From contig OZ240219.1 of assembly GCA_965197645.1 (NCBI GenBank), positions 160,001-224,000 of the forward strand: a stretch of DNA of 64,000 nucleotides, written 5' to 3'. Position 1 is the first letter of the stretch. The number at the start of each line of letters is the position of its first letter. The stretch comes from Dehalococcoidia bacterium. Its GTDB lineage: Bacteria; Chloroflexota; Dehalococcoidia; Plut-88900. The notes below the pieces were generated by a model. The model searched no databases and was not told the origin of the DNA. It worked only from the letters and a program-made list of their open reading frames with translations. Below are positions 1-9,215 of the stretch, one piece after another. Position numbers and translations under genes: made by a program.

Positions 1-282
1 TTTGATGCCTACGATAACGACCTTCCTCAATTGGGAATCGCTTTTCAATTCAACTATCAACCTATATTGATCATTGAGCCGCATTGAATGGTTGTTTGGG
101 GCCGATCTCATCTTTTCAAAATGCAATGACTTCATCGCATAGAATTCTCTCTCATCGGAAGCCGCTCGGATCATTTGCATTCGTTTCCGAAATGCCTTGA
201 CGATTGCTGGTGAGTAGCCTCCCGTTGCACGTACATCGGTTTCGACTTGCTCAAGGTCTTTGTCGACGAACTGTACATCCAT
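1..282 (-). CDS. higB: HigB/RelE-family toxin (plasmid maintenance killer type), runs off the window edge
   Basis: Manual translation MDVQFVDKDLEQVETDVRATGGYSPAIVKAFRKRMQMIRAASDEREFYAMKSLHFEKM...HSMRLNDQYRLIVEL...VVIVGIK; SLHFEK and SMRLNDQYRL are HigB-like motifs; lower GC; not in the ORF track. Confidence 0.85.
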   Translation of the reverse strand, partial: MDVQFVDKDLEQVETDVRATGGYSPAIVKAFRKRMQMIRAASDEREFYAMKSLHFEKMRSAPNNHSMRLNDQYRLIVELKSDSQLRKVVIVGIK

Positions 283-322
283 CTCACAACCAGAGCATAC
301 ATTAATCGGCCTGGGAGATCAA

Positions 323-347
323 GTACCATTGTTACACAAATTGGTAC
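323..347. promoter_or_regulatory. Palindrome upstream of higB, candidate TA autoregulatory operator
   Basis: GTACCA-N13-TGGTAC about 40 nt upstream of the higB ATG. Confidence 0.4.
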
Positions 348-433
348 GATGGGTTATCACACTTGGACCGGGGCTCCAGCCAGTAGGAGAGAAACATGAT
401 GGCTACGGCCACGGAACCAAAGATAGTCAGCAC
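332..433 (-). pseudogene. Truncated small membrane protein gene
   Basis: GGAGG RBS then GTG; MLTIFGSVAVAIMFLSYWLEPRSK then unrelated CDNPSYQFV* where GC drops; resembles the N-half of ~65-aa membrane proteins. Confidence 0.5.
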
Positions 434-478
434 GTATCTCCTCCATTTCTACCGCGGCCCCTCGGCCTGTCCCGGACT

Positions 479-772
479 TCAGTTCAGTCCGGCGATCATC
501 TCGCTGGCCTGGTCCAGGGAAAAGGCCCTCATCGCCACCGTCTCGACGTAGCCCTGGGTGCCCACCTGCATCAGGAACTTCATCATCGCCTCGTCGTCGG
601 GAAACTCGAAAACGACGACGAAGTCGTACTGGCCCATGGTGAAGTAGACATCCTTTATCGAGCCGCCCAGGGCGGCGATGTTACTCTGCAAGGACTCGAT
701 GCGGCCCGGTGAGCTTTTCAGGTCCGCTTTTCCCTTGGACGTGTAGTTTCCCAGCACAACGTATTCAGCCAT
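479..772 (-). CDS. GYD domain protein
   Basis: 97 aa, YFTMGQYDFVVVFEFPD motif, GGAG RBS. Confidence 0.85.
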   Translation of the reverse strand: MAEYVVLGNYTSKGKADLKSSPGRIESLQSNIAALGGSIKDVYFTMGQYDFVVVFEFPDDEAMMKFLMQVGTQGYVETVAMRAFSLDQASEMIAGLN

Positions 773-882
773 ACTTTCATCCCTCCTTCATTGGATAGAC
801 TGGATTATCGTTCTTACTGTTATTGACTTCAACCAGTAGCGATGACAGACTGCGCCAGTCGAGGAGAGGCGCTTCACAGGAC

Positions 883-1677
883 ATGCCCCCGCTATTCCAA
901 CACCTGGATGCAGTCAGGCGCGTGCTGCAACGGTGGCCCCTGGCCCTGTTTACCGATTTCGATGGGACGGTCTCGGAGATCGTCTCGTCACCCGGGGATG
1001 CCCGTATCTCGCCGGTGTGCAGGCGTCACTTGATATCACTGTGTGAGAAGCTGGACCTGACGGCGATAGTCTCAGGACGACCAGTCGAGTTGCTGGCTAG
1101 GCTGTGCGACGTGCCCGACGCGGTATACGTCGGGAACCATGGCCTGGAGAAGATGGTAGACGGAGAGGTGGTCTCACGGCAGAACGTCGGTGACCTCACA
1201 GCCTCTGTAAAGGAAGTCATCGGCTCGGTCCAAAGACAGCTGGACCGCATCGAGGGGGTGGAGATCGAGGACAAGGGACCTGTGGTGGCGGTCCACTACC
1301 GGCAGGCCAAGGACCCGGCAGGGGCAGAGACGAAGATACTGGCCCTTCTTGGGGAGCACAGAGGCGTTACCATCGGACGGGGGAAGATGGTGATCGAGGT
1401 CAGACCCGACGTGGAGTTTTCGAAAGGACTGGCCGTCAGGGACCTGATAGCCGAGCAGAAGCTCGGCGGCGGGATTTACATGGGAGACGACCTGACCGAC
1501 GTGGACGCTCTGCGCCAGCTCAAGCAGTCCGCGATCGGGTCGTGCTTCTCGGGAGTGGGCATCGCGGTAACCGGAACGGAAACACCCCCAGAGCTGATAG
1601 AGGCATCGGACTTCACGCTGGACGGGCTGGAGGAAGTGGAGAGGTTCCTGGGGTGGCTGGACGATGAGCTGGGGTAA
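883..1677 (+). CDS. otsB: Trehalose-6-phosphate phosphatase (HAD family)
   Basis: DFDGT, IVSGR, GNHGLE, VHYR, MGDDLTD motifs; start uncertain (823 or 883). Confidence 0.85.
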   Translation: MPPLFQHLDAVRRVLQRWPLALFTDFDGTVSEIVSSPGDARISPVCRRHLISLCEKLDLTAIVSGRPVELLARLCDVPDAVYVGNHGLEKMVDGEVVSRQNVGDLTASVKEVIGSVQRQLDRIEGVEIEDKGPVVAVHYRQAKDPAGAETKILALLGEHRGVTIGRGKMVIEVRPDVEFSKGLAVRDLIAEQKLGGGIYMGDDLTDVDALRQLKQSAIGSCFSGVGIAVTGTETPPELIEASDFTLDGLEEVERFLGWLDDELG

Positions 1678-2724
1678 CTAGGCGAAGGTGAGGACGCGCC
1701 TAGGGTTCTCCACCAGGACCTGATCGATCTCATCCCTGCTAAAGCCCTTGCGACGCATCACCGGCACGACGTTGTCCAGGATATGAGAGTAGCCATGGCC
1801 TCCGTACCTCGTCAAACGGGTCTTGAAACAGATATCGTGGGCCATTAGCGCCCGGTCCAGACGGCCTGTTTCTCGCAGGTGGAGCACGTAGTCGAGCCGT
1901 TTGCCGTCATTGGGCTGGTCTATGGGGGACAGAGGGTAGATGGTGGTCTCCTGCCCGAACAGGTCGTACTCAATGTAGCATCCAGTCTCCGCCAGCCGGT
2001 CCAGAGTATCGTTATCGAAGATGGTCCGATCGATGTGGCTCATGATGGTCCGTTCGGGATCGCCTCCGGTCTCGCGGACGATCTCCATCAGCTCTAGCGG
2101 AGAGGACGGGTCCCTGCCCGGATGGATGAGCAGCGGAGCGCCGGTGGCCTTGTGGGCTCGGGCCGACGCCCTGAGGGACTTGCGCTCGTTGTCGGTGAGC
2201 GGCCAGGAGCAACCCACTTCGCCGATGACGCCAGCCTTGACCCCGGTATCGGCCACGCCTTCGGTTACGTCCCTGACGATCTCCTCGACGATCTCGTCCT
2301 CGCTCTTATCGTCCATGCCGGCCGGGTGGGCATCGTCTACGTAGTAGCCCGAGCCCATGATCACGTTGAGGCCCGTCGCCCTAGAGATGCGGGCCAGGCC
2401 TAGGGGGTCCCGGTTGATGCCTATGCTCGTAGCGTCCACCATCGTTGTGCCGCCCGCCCACTTGTACCTCAGGGCCTCGGCTATGGCAGCCTCTTCGTCC
2501 ACCAGCCTCAGGTTATCGAGATTGCTGCCCCAGTTGTACCGGAGCCACCAGATGTTTTCCAGGGAAACGGGCTGGCGAAAGAAATGCCTGTGACTGGCCT
2601 CCTCGGGCTCGCTGGACATCTCGGAGAGGTCTATGAGCAGGTGCTCATGGGTGTGGGTTATACCCAGCCGGGAGGGATCTATGGGCCCAAGAACGGTCTG
2701 GGCCTGACCGGTTAGCTCGCTCAT
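1678..2724 (-). CDS. Phosphotriesterase-family (PHP-like) protein
   Basis: THEH, GVIGEVG (Glu bridging ligand), IHPG, SHIDR, AHDIC motifs. Confidence 0.9.
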   Translation of the reverse strand: MSELTGQAQTVLGPIDPSRLGITHTHEHLLIDLSEMSSEPEEASHRHFFRQPVSLENIWWLRYNWGSNLDNLRLVDEEAAIAEALRYKWAGGTTMVDATSIGINRDPLGLARISRATGLNVIMGSGYYVDDAHPAGMDDKSEDEIVEEIVRDVTEGVADTGVKAGVIGEVGCSWPLTDNERKSLRASARAHKATGAPLLIHPGRDPSSPLELMEIVRETGGDPERTIMSHIDRTIFDNDTLDRLAETGCYIEYDLFGQETTIYPLSPIDQPNDGKRLDYVLHLRETGRLDRALMAHDICFKTRLTRYGGHGYSHILDNVVPVMRRKGFSRDEIDQVLVENPRRVLTFA

Positions 2725-2757
2725 CGCACCTCCGTGTGCTCCAAAGGCTCCCACCAA

Positions 2758-2901
2758 GAGCTTGTGTCAAAATGACGGATGTTTTTGTCCCAGCCGCCCG
2801 CCCTAGAACGGTTTTGTAGCAGGGGGGAACATCCCCCTAGCCCCCTGCCAGAGGAACGTTTCCCTCTGGACTCCCTCGATGGCGGATTATGAGATAGGCT
2901 C
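2758..2901. mobile_element. MITE-like element, family B
   Basis: 16-bp imperfect TIRs GAGCTTGTGTCAAAAT / ATTATGAGATAGGCTC (12/16); interior matches reverse complement of 62406-62527. Confidence 0.65.
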
Positions 2902-2978
2902 ACTAAATACGATCTTCCACTTCGCCCTTGGCAAGGAGGCCGATGCTACATAGGTTTGTCGGGCGGGACGGTGGAGGG

Positions 2979-4280
2979 TTAGCCCTTGGCTTTCTCCAGA
3001 GAGTCGGCCAAAGCCTCGATGGTCTTGTCCACGTCCTCCGCGGAGTGGGCGGTGGAGATGTAGAATTTCTGGCCGCCCTTTAGGATCCCGTTGTCCAGCA
3101 TGGCTTCGTTGAACCGCTTGAGCATCTGCCCGTCGGCGGCGAGGGTGGATCGGTAGTCGGACACCTCTTCGAGGCCGAAATAGACGTCGAAGCAGGGCGC
3201 TTCACCGGTGACAACGCCGGGTATCTCCAGCTCACGGAGAAGCCGGGTGAACTCCGACTTGATCCGGTTACCGGTAGCGAACAGTGCCTCGTAGGTGCCG
3301 GGCTTCTTGAGCTCTTTCAACGTGGCGAGACCCGCGGTCGCGGCGATGGGATTACCGCTCAGGGTACCGATGGCGGGAATGAAGGATCCTTCCTCCTTCA
3401 CCACCGGATCGAACCCACGCATGATCTCCTCTCGGCCCACAACCGCCGATAAGGGGAAGCCGCCGGCGGCGGCCTTGCCAAGGGTTGTGAGGTCCGGGGT
3501 GACGCCGTAGTACTGCTGGGCGCCGCCGTAGGACCATCGGAAGCCGCTCACGACCTCATCGAAGATCAGGGGGATCTGGTAGTGGCTGGTTATCTGGCGG
3601 AGACCTTCGAGGAAGCCAGGTTTGGGTTGGAGTATGCGCTGGGCCGGCTCGACAATTACGCCGGCTATCTCGTCGTGGTAGTCCTCGATGATAGCGGAGG
3701 TGGTCTCGATGTCATTGTAGGGACAGATGAGGACCTCGCCCTCGAGGGCCGCAGGTATGCCGGCCGAGTCCCGAGTGGCCGCGGGGAAGTCCTTCAGCTG
3801 GGTAGTGGTCACCGTCATCATCGCGTAGTCGTTGGTGCCGTGGAACGCACCCTCAAACTTGACGATCTTGTCTCGCTTGCGGAATGCCCGGGCGGCTTTC
3901 ATCGCGGCGAAGGTGGCCTCCGATCCGCTGGACAGGAACAAGAGCTTCTCGGCGCAGGGAACGGCTTCAACTATCTCCTCGGCCAGCTCCACGGCGGCTC
4001 CATTGGTGTTGAAGAATGTGGTCCCCCTGGTCACGGCCTCCTGGACGGCCTCCACGACTGCGGGATGCGCGTGGCCGATCAGCATCGGGCCAGACCCGAT
4101 CAGATAGTCCAGGTACTCGTTGCCGCTGTAATCGTAGACCTTCGTTCCTCTGCCCTCCTTGATGAGGAAGGCGCGGTCCGCTTCTTGGTGCATGTTGCCG
4201 TTGGAAGCGCCCGGAAGGTACTTGGCGGCTTTTGCCAGCAGCTGGTCCTCTTCGGAGACTCTCGGTTTCCTCGATGCCAT
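2979..4280 (-). CDS. Class III PLP aminotransferase (glutamate-1-semialdehyde aminomutase-like)
   Basis: SGSEA, FEGAFHG, LIFDEVVSGFR, LGKAAAGG (PLP Lys). Confidence 0.9.
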   Translation of the reverse strand: MASRKPRVSEEDQLLAKAAKYLPGASNGNMHQEADRAFLIKEGRGTKVYDYSGNEYLDYLIGSGPMLIGHAHPAVVEAVQEAVTRGTTFFNTNGAAVELAEEIVEAVPCAEKLLFLSSGSEATFAAMKAARAFRKRDKIVKFEGAFHGTNDYAMMTVTTTQLKDFPAATRDSAGIPAALEGEVLICPYNDIETTSAIIEDYHDEIAGVIVEPAQRILQPKPGFLEGLRQITSHYQIPLIFDEVVSGFRWSYGGAQQYYGVTPDLTTLGKAAAGGFPLSAVVGREEIMRGFDPVVKEEGSFIPAIGTLSGNPIAATAGLATLKELKKPGTYEALFATGNRIKSEFTRLLRELEIPGVVTGEAPCFDVYFGLEEVSDYRSTLAADGQMLKRFNEAMLDNGILKGGQKFYISTAHSAEDVDKTIEALADSLEKAKG

Positions 4281-4332
4281 CACTCTTCCCCCTTCGACTT
4301 TGATGCGGATGTTTCGCATAGGATATCACGGG

Positions 4333-4398
4333 CTCACCGGCTGGTAAAACGCCCGTCTCACTGGCTGGCAAAACGCCCATCTGACCGGCTGGTAAAAC
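4333..4398. repeat. 24-bp tandem repeat (2.75 copies) in a divergent intergenic region
   Basis: CTCACCGGCTGGTAAAACGCCCGT / CTCACTGGCTGGCAAAACGCCCAT / CTGACCGGCTGGTAAAAC. Confidence 0.9.
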
Positions 4399-4468
4399 AA
4401 ATCTTGCGCTCAGGCCTGGCGTGAGTTATGGTGTACGTCGATTCTCGGACCACCTCTGGGGGGCGATT

Positions 4469-4921
4469 ATGGTGCAAACTGGAGATCCAGCGCCCCACTT
4501 CAAGGCGACCTTGGACTCAGGTGATAAGGTCAGTCTGGACCAGTTCCAGGGCAAGAAAGTAGTCCTCTACTTCTATCCCAAGGACAGCACGCCGGGATGC
4601 ACCCGCGAGGCCTGCGATTTCCGGGACCAGCTGCAGGAGTTCCAGGCGAAGGACGCCGTGGTGTTGGGCGTGAGCCCCGACAGTGTGAAGTCGCACCAAC
4701 GGTTCAAGGAGAAGTTCGATCTGACATTTCCCCTGGTCAGCGATGAGAGCAAGGAAGTGGCGGAGGCCTACGGGGTTTGGAAAGAGAAGAAGAACTACGG
4801 CAGGACGTACATGGGCATCGAACGATCGACCTTCGTGATCGACGAGGAGGGTAAGATCGCGCATGTCTTCAACAAAGTGAAGGTCGCAGGGCACGCGGAC
4901 AAGGTGCTGGAGACCCTCTAG
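4469..4921 (+). CDS. bcp: Peroxiredoxin Bcp/PrxQ
   Basis: YFYPKDSTPGCTREAC, RSTFVID. Confidence 0.95.
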   Translation: MVQTGDPAPHFKATLDSGDKVSLDQFQGKKVVLYFYPKDSTPGCTREACDFRDQLQEFQAKDAVVLGVSPDSVKSHQRFKEKFDLTFPLVSDESKEVAEAYGVWKEKKNYGRTYMGIERSTFVIDEEGKIAHVFNKVKVAGHADKVLETL

Positions 4922-4958
4922 GGCCCGCTCCGGTGTGCATCTCGAAAAGGGGTGGATA

Positions 4959-5747
4959 ATGAGGCCAAACAAGCTTAAGCAGATGTGGAAAGAGGGCGAA
5001 GCGACGGCCGTAGCCTGGTTGGGCAGCGCCGACCCTTACATGACCGAGATTCTTGCCCACTCCGGATTCGATGCGCTGGTGCTGGACATGCAACACGGCA
5101 TGGGCATCGGGCCGGACACGGCCGCCCGGTGGCTCCAGGTGGTAAGCACCACCGATACGGTGCCCCTGGTGCGGGTGCCGTGGAACGAACCGGTCTTCTT
5201 CCAGTGGGTGCTGGACGCCGGGGCCTATGGCGTCATCGTGCCGCTGGTGAACAACGCTGAGGAGGCCGCCAAGGCCGGCATGTCCAGCAAGTACCCCCCG
5301 ATAGGATTTCGAAGCATCGGGCCTAACCGGGTCAACCTGTACGCCGGGGGCGACTACTTCGACCACGCCAATGATGAGACGGTATGCCTGGTAATGGTGG
5401 AGCACAAGGATACTATCCCCCACCTGGACGCTATGGCAGAGGCCCCTGGAGTCGACGGTTTCTACATCGGGCCCGCCGACCTGGCCATCAGCATGACAGG
5501 CACCCCGTCCAACTACAGGGATATCGAAGAGCACAACAAGGCGTCCCAGAAAGTGGTCGACGTGGCCAAGGCCCACGGGCTGGTTGCCGGCACCCACTGC
5601 GGAGGCCCCGAGGAAGCCGCCGATCGTTTCAGGCAGGGGTTCCAGCTGTGTCCCATCGCCTCGGACGGCGGGATAATGGCGGCCGGAGCTAGGGACGCCG
5701 TGGAGGCGATCAGGAAAGGCGCCGGGGGCGTCGAGCTAGCCTACTAG
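4959..5747 (+). CDS. HpcH/HpaI aldolase family protein
   Basis: DMQHG, LVRVP, LDAGAYG, MVE, GPADL motifs. Confidence 0.9.
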   Translation: MRPNKLKQMWKEGEATAVAWLGSADPYMTEILAHSGFDALVLDMQHGMGIGPDTAARWLQVVSTTDTVPLVRVPWNEPVFFQWVLDAGAYGVIVPLVNNAEEAAKAGMSSKYPPIGFRSIGPNRVNLYAGGDYFDHANDETVCLVMVEHKDTIPHLDAMAEAPGVDGFYIGPADLAISMTGTPSNYRDIEEHNKASQKVVDVAKAHGLVAGTHCGGPEEAADRFRQGFQLCPIASDGGIMAAGARDAVEAIRKGAGGVELAY

Positions 5748-5759
5748 GCTTTAGCCGTA

Positions 5760-7079
5760 TCAACTCGATGACCCGCCGCCGGCGGTTGTGTACTGTGGTG
5801 CCGGCTGGGGTTGAATCATAGGTGGGACGCCCGCCAGGTAGACCTTACGCAGAGTCGGGCCGACGATACTCAGGAGCATCACCGCGAAGAAGGCCGCCCC
5901 GCCGATGGAGAGCAACCACCCCGGATCGAAGGTATCAGCCAGTGTGCCGTTGCCCAGGTTGGCGAAGGACATCACCCCCGCGGCGTGCAGAATGTAGATG
6001 CTGGAGATGCGCCCGCGGATGGCATCGGGCACCATGGACTGCATCATGGCCAGGGTTATGACCATGAAGCCGGTTTGGAAGGCGCCCATGGCGGCGGTGG
6101 CCAGCATCCCCAGAACCAGGTTGGGCGCCACTGCCAGCCCCAACGGCGTAACGGCGCTTACGACACCGGTGATCAGCAGCAGTCGTCCTCTTAGCTGCTC
6201 GCTTCTAACGCCAGCCAGGAACAGCGAGGCGAAAAGGGCTCCCCCGCCCACGCCCATCATCAGGTAGGCTATTCCGCTCCCCTCGGTAAGGAACCTATCC
6301 TGGGCAAGGACGGGCAGCAAAGCCTCGAAGGACATGGTCAGGCCACAGTGGAAGAAGATGAGTACCACTATGTACATCAGCAGCTTGTGGGAGTAGGTGT
6401 ATCGCAATCCGGCAAGCAGATTGTAGATAACGCCCTTCGTCGGTTCCATCACGCCGCTGGATATGGTGCGAATGCGGAGCACCTGGTACAGGCCTATGGC
6501 AAAGAATCCGTTGCAGGAGAAGAAGACCCATCCGGGGTCGACGTGCATCATCAACGGAGCAATAAGCCCTGGGCCTATAAGTCGAGAGGCGTGGAACGTC
6601 GCCGAGCCCAGGGAGTAGGCGTTGATCAGGTTCTCCCGGGGCACCAGGTTAGCTACCAGAGAGAAGCCCGTTGGAGTCTGGATGGCGCGGCCGGTGCCGT
6701 GCACTAAGGACAGAAGCACCATATGCCACAGCTCTATGGTGCCGGTCAGGGCCAGAACGGTTAGGACTGCGTTTTGACCCATGTTGGCAATAAAGACCAG
6801 GGCCAGCAGATGGCGGCGCACCATCCTATCGGCCAGGTAACCGGCAAAGGGAGTAACGAGAATGTATGGCACCATCGAGGCGAAGATGATGACGCCGACC
6901 CAGGTGTTGCCGTGGTCTCCGCCCAGGTCCTTGGCCACCCATGCCCTCGCCGTTATCAGCGCCCAGGATGCCGACTCTCCGGCTATGCCCGCCATCCAAA
7001 GGGACCGGAAATCGGCGTACCGCAGCGATGGGAAGTATCTCCCGGAGATGCTGCGCCGCAGTTCGGTCAGGCCGGTCAA
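5760..7079 (-). CDS. MFS transporter (MFS_3/EntS-like)
   Basis: About 12 hydrophobic segments, GYLADR motif A, RGRISS; TTG start after GGAGG inferred. Confidence 0.85.
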   Translation of the reverse strand: MTGLTELRRSISGRYFPSLRYADFRSLWMAGIAGESASWALITARAWVAKDLGGDHGNTWVGVIIFASMVPYILVTPFAGYLADRMVRRHLLALVFIANMGQNAVLTVLALTGTIELWHMVLLSLVHGTGRAIQTPTGFSLVANLVPRENLINAYSLGSATFHASRLIGPGLIAPLMMHVDPGWVFFSCNGFFAIGLYQVLRIRTISSGVMEPTKGVIYNLLAGLRYTYSHKLLMYIVVLIFFHCGLTMSFEALLPVLAQDRFLTEGSGIAYLMMGVGGGALFASLFLAGVRSEQLRGRLLLITGVVSAVTPLGLAVAPNLVLGMLATAAMGAFQTGFMVITLAMMQSMVPDAIRGRISSIYILHAAGVMSFANLGNGTLADTFDPGWLLSIGGAAFFAVMLLSIVGPTLRKVYLAGVPPMIQPQPAPQYTTAGGGSSS

Positions 7080-7113
7080 ATCAACCCTCCAGCTTCGTTG
7101 AAAAGGCCTATGG

Positions 7114-7659
7114 TCAATCGGCGGAGGACAGGACTTGGGGCCACGACCCCCGGTAGAAGTCCCGTAAGGCGTCGGCGGTGCTGGGAAAGGCGAGATCATC
7201 CCAGGGGACCTCTTCCCGGGTGTAAAGCTTCATGTCCAGCGCCTCGTCCAATGGCTCGAGTTCCCCGGCCTCGATGGTGGCGGCGTAGACGATGATGACC
7301 ACGGCGGAACCCTCGTAGGAGTAGGCGCCTATCAGGCCCTTTACCGACACATCTACTCCCGCCTCCTCCCTGGCCTCCCTGATGGCCGCCTGCTCCAAAG
7401 TCTCGCCCCGGTCGACGAACCCGCCGGGAAAGACCCATTTGCCCAGGCCGGGCTCGATGCCTCGCTTCAACAGGACCAGCTTGCCGTCCTGGGTCAGGAT
7501 GGTGCAGGCGGAAACCTTGGGGTCCAGGTAGTGGATGTACTCGCAGCGGCCGCAGACCAGCCGCTCCGGGTCACCGGCCTTGATCTCCCTGAGTTTGAGC
7601 TCGGCGGCACAACGCGGGCAGTAACGAAAGCTGGAGTCTATGTGATGATGACTGGTCAT
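7114..7659 (-). CDS. NUDIX hydrolase with N-terminal zinc ribbon
   Basis: CPRC...CGRC; Nudix box GGFVDRGETLEQAAIREAREEAG. Confidence 0.92.
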   Translation of the reverse strand: MTSHHHIDSSFRYCPRCAAELKLREIKAGDPERLVCGRCEYIHYLDPKVSACTILTQDGKLVLLKRGIEPGLGKWVFPGGFVDRGETLEQAAIREAREEAGVDVSVKGLIGAYSYEGSAVVIIVYAATIEAGELEPLDEALDMKLYTREEVPWDDLAFPSTADALRDFYRGSWPQVLSSAD

Positions 7660-7684
7660 TCCGTGGAGAGTGTATCACGATATG

Positions 7685-8908
7685 TTACGCACTCTCCGAT
7701 ACGGCGGCGTCCGACCCGCGACCGCGCAGGTAGACGGAGCTGGCGAAAAGCAGCAATGGAAAGAAGACCGTTACAAACAGGGCCTGTCTCAGATCGCCGG
7801 TGGCCTCCTGTAGGAACCCCACCAGCAGGGGCCCTATGGCGGATCCCAGAGAGGCGAGGGTGTAGATGAAAGACACCCCCACCGCCACCTCCCTCGGCCG
7901 GATGTTGGGTAGATGGAACACCATCGTCGTCATAACCGGAAAGAATGAGATGGAGGCGCCTATCACGACGAACAGCGCCAGCACGACAGGGACCGAGCTG
8001 GTGAAAACGAGGCCGAGATGGGCAGCCGAAGACGTTACGGCACACACTGCCAAGACCATGAATCTCCGGCGCGCCACCCGGGGCAGCAGGGCCACCAGCA
8101 TCTCGGAAGGCGCAGCGACGAAAAACATCATGCCGAAGGCCACGCCGACCACAACGTCCTCTATCCCCAGATTCACCTCGGCCAGGGTGGGCCAGAACAC
8201 CGAGAAGGCCGACATCGTCGTTATGAACCCGGCGGTGCCCACGCCAAGCACCTGTAGCTCCCGGTACTTCAGAATGACGTTTATCGGCGTACCGGATTGG
8301 CCGGACAGCGACTCTCGATAGTCGGCCGTGACCCGCTCCCTACCCATAACTACCCAGGCAAAGGCTATAGCCAGGCATATCGCCGCCCAGACGTAGAGAG
8401 TGTCCCGCCAGCCGCCCGTCCAGTTCATAATGAAGGGGGTGAGGAGGAGAGCCAGCCCCAGACACGTATCGGCGATGCCGGCCATGACGCCATTGGTGCC
8501 GATAACCTGTTGCTGGGAGGACCATTGCCGGATGAGAAGGGATCGAGGCGCCTGGCTGACGGTCGAGGCGAACCCCAGCCCGACTCGACCCACCAGTAGA
8601 GCGGCGTAGGTTGGTACCTGGGCCTGTAGAAATACGAACCCGGCTACGCCCAGCCCTGCGATGGAGATCACCCTCCACGGTTTGAACCTGGAACACCAGG
8701 AGCTCACCGGGATTCCCAGCACCAGGATGGTTATAAGGGCGGAGGACCCCAGCCAGCCTTGCTGCGAGGGAGATAAGTCGAGATCACGGGAGATATCGGG
8801 CAGCAGCAGGCCCAGGATCAGGTTGACGGCGAAGGTGGCCGAGAGGACCAACGTCAGGGGCGCGATGACCAGCCATCGCTTTCGGGGCACTGTGTAAGGT
8901 TTATTCAT
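7685..8908 (-). CDS. MFS transporter
   Basis: 407 aa, about 12 TM segments in MFS spacing. Confidence 0.8.
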   Translation of the reverse strand: MNKPYTVPRKRWLVIAPLTLVLSATFAVNLILGLLLPDISRDLDLSPSQQGWLGSSALITILVLGIPVSSWCSRFKPWRVISIAGLGVAGFVFLQAQVPTYAALLVGRVGLGFASTVSQAPRSLLIRQWSSQQQVIGTNGVMAGIADTCLGLALLLTPFIMNWTGGWRDTLYVWAAICLAIAFAWVVMGRERVTADYRESLSGQSGTPINVILKYRELQVLGVGTAGFITTMSAFSVFWPTLAEVNLGIEDVVVGVAFGMMFFVAAPSEMLVALLPRVARRRFMVLAVCAVTSSAAHLGLVFTSSVPVVLALFVVIGASISFFPVMTTMVFHLPNIRPREVAVGVSFIYTLASLGSAIGPLLVGFLQEATGDLRQALFVTVFFPLLLFASSVYLRGRGSDAAVSESA

Positions 8909-8964
8909 ACGTGCAGACCACCGGTAGTGAGCCCAGCTTTGGAGATATGGGGCCGGTTAACCGG

Positions 8965-9069
8965 TTTGGGCTCAGATCCGGGTAGGCAGCCCCCGGCTGC
9001 TGTAGGTGTCGGCGGACCGCGGCTGCACCGCCAGCACCTGCGTGAACCTCCAGATGGCTTCGTCCAAGT
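8965..9069 (-). pseudogene. Frameshifted TPR-repeat gene remnant (3' exon of the intron)
   Basis: LDEAIWRFTQVLAVQPRSADTYSSRG, continuing AAYPDLS after a frameshift in a G run; fits TPR consensus. Confidence 0.55.
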
Positions 9070-9215
9070 GTAAGGTAGAGCGCCGGCGAGTTACCCTGTG
9101 TTACCGGAGCACTTTCCCGTCGGCCCCCTTCCGAACCGGACGTGCGGCTTTCACCGCATCCGGCTCTCTAGTGTCTAGGTAGGTAATGTCGAGGGAATGT
9201 CGGCGCTATCCTGCC

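Noticed and set aside
2979-4280. Assigning hemL to either class III aminotransferase
   Set aside because: Two divergent paralogs with no tetrapyrrole gene context; orthology cannot be established by eye.
4333-4398. Possible mini-CRISPR array
   Set aside because: Units are contiguous with near-identical 6-nt linkers, there are no unique spacers, and no cas genes are present.
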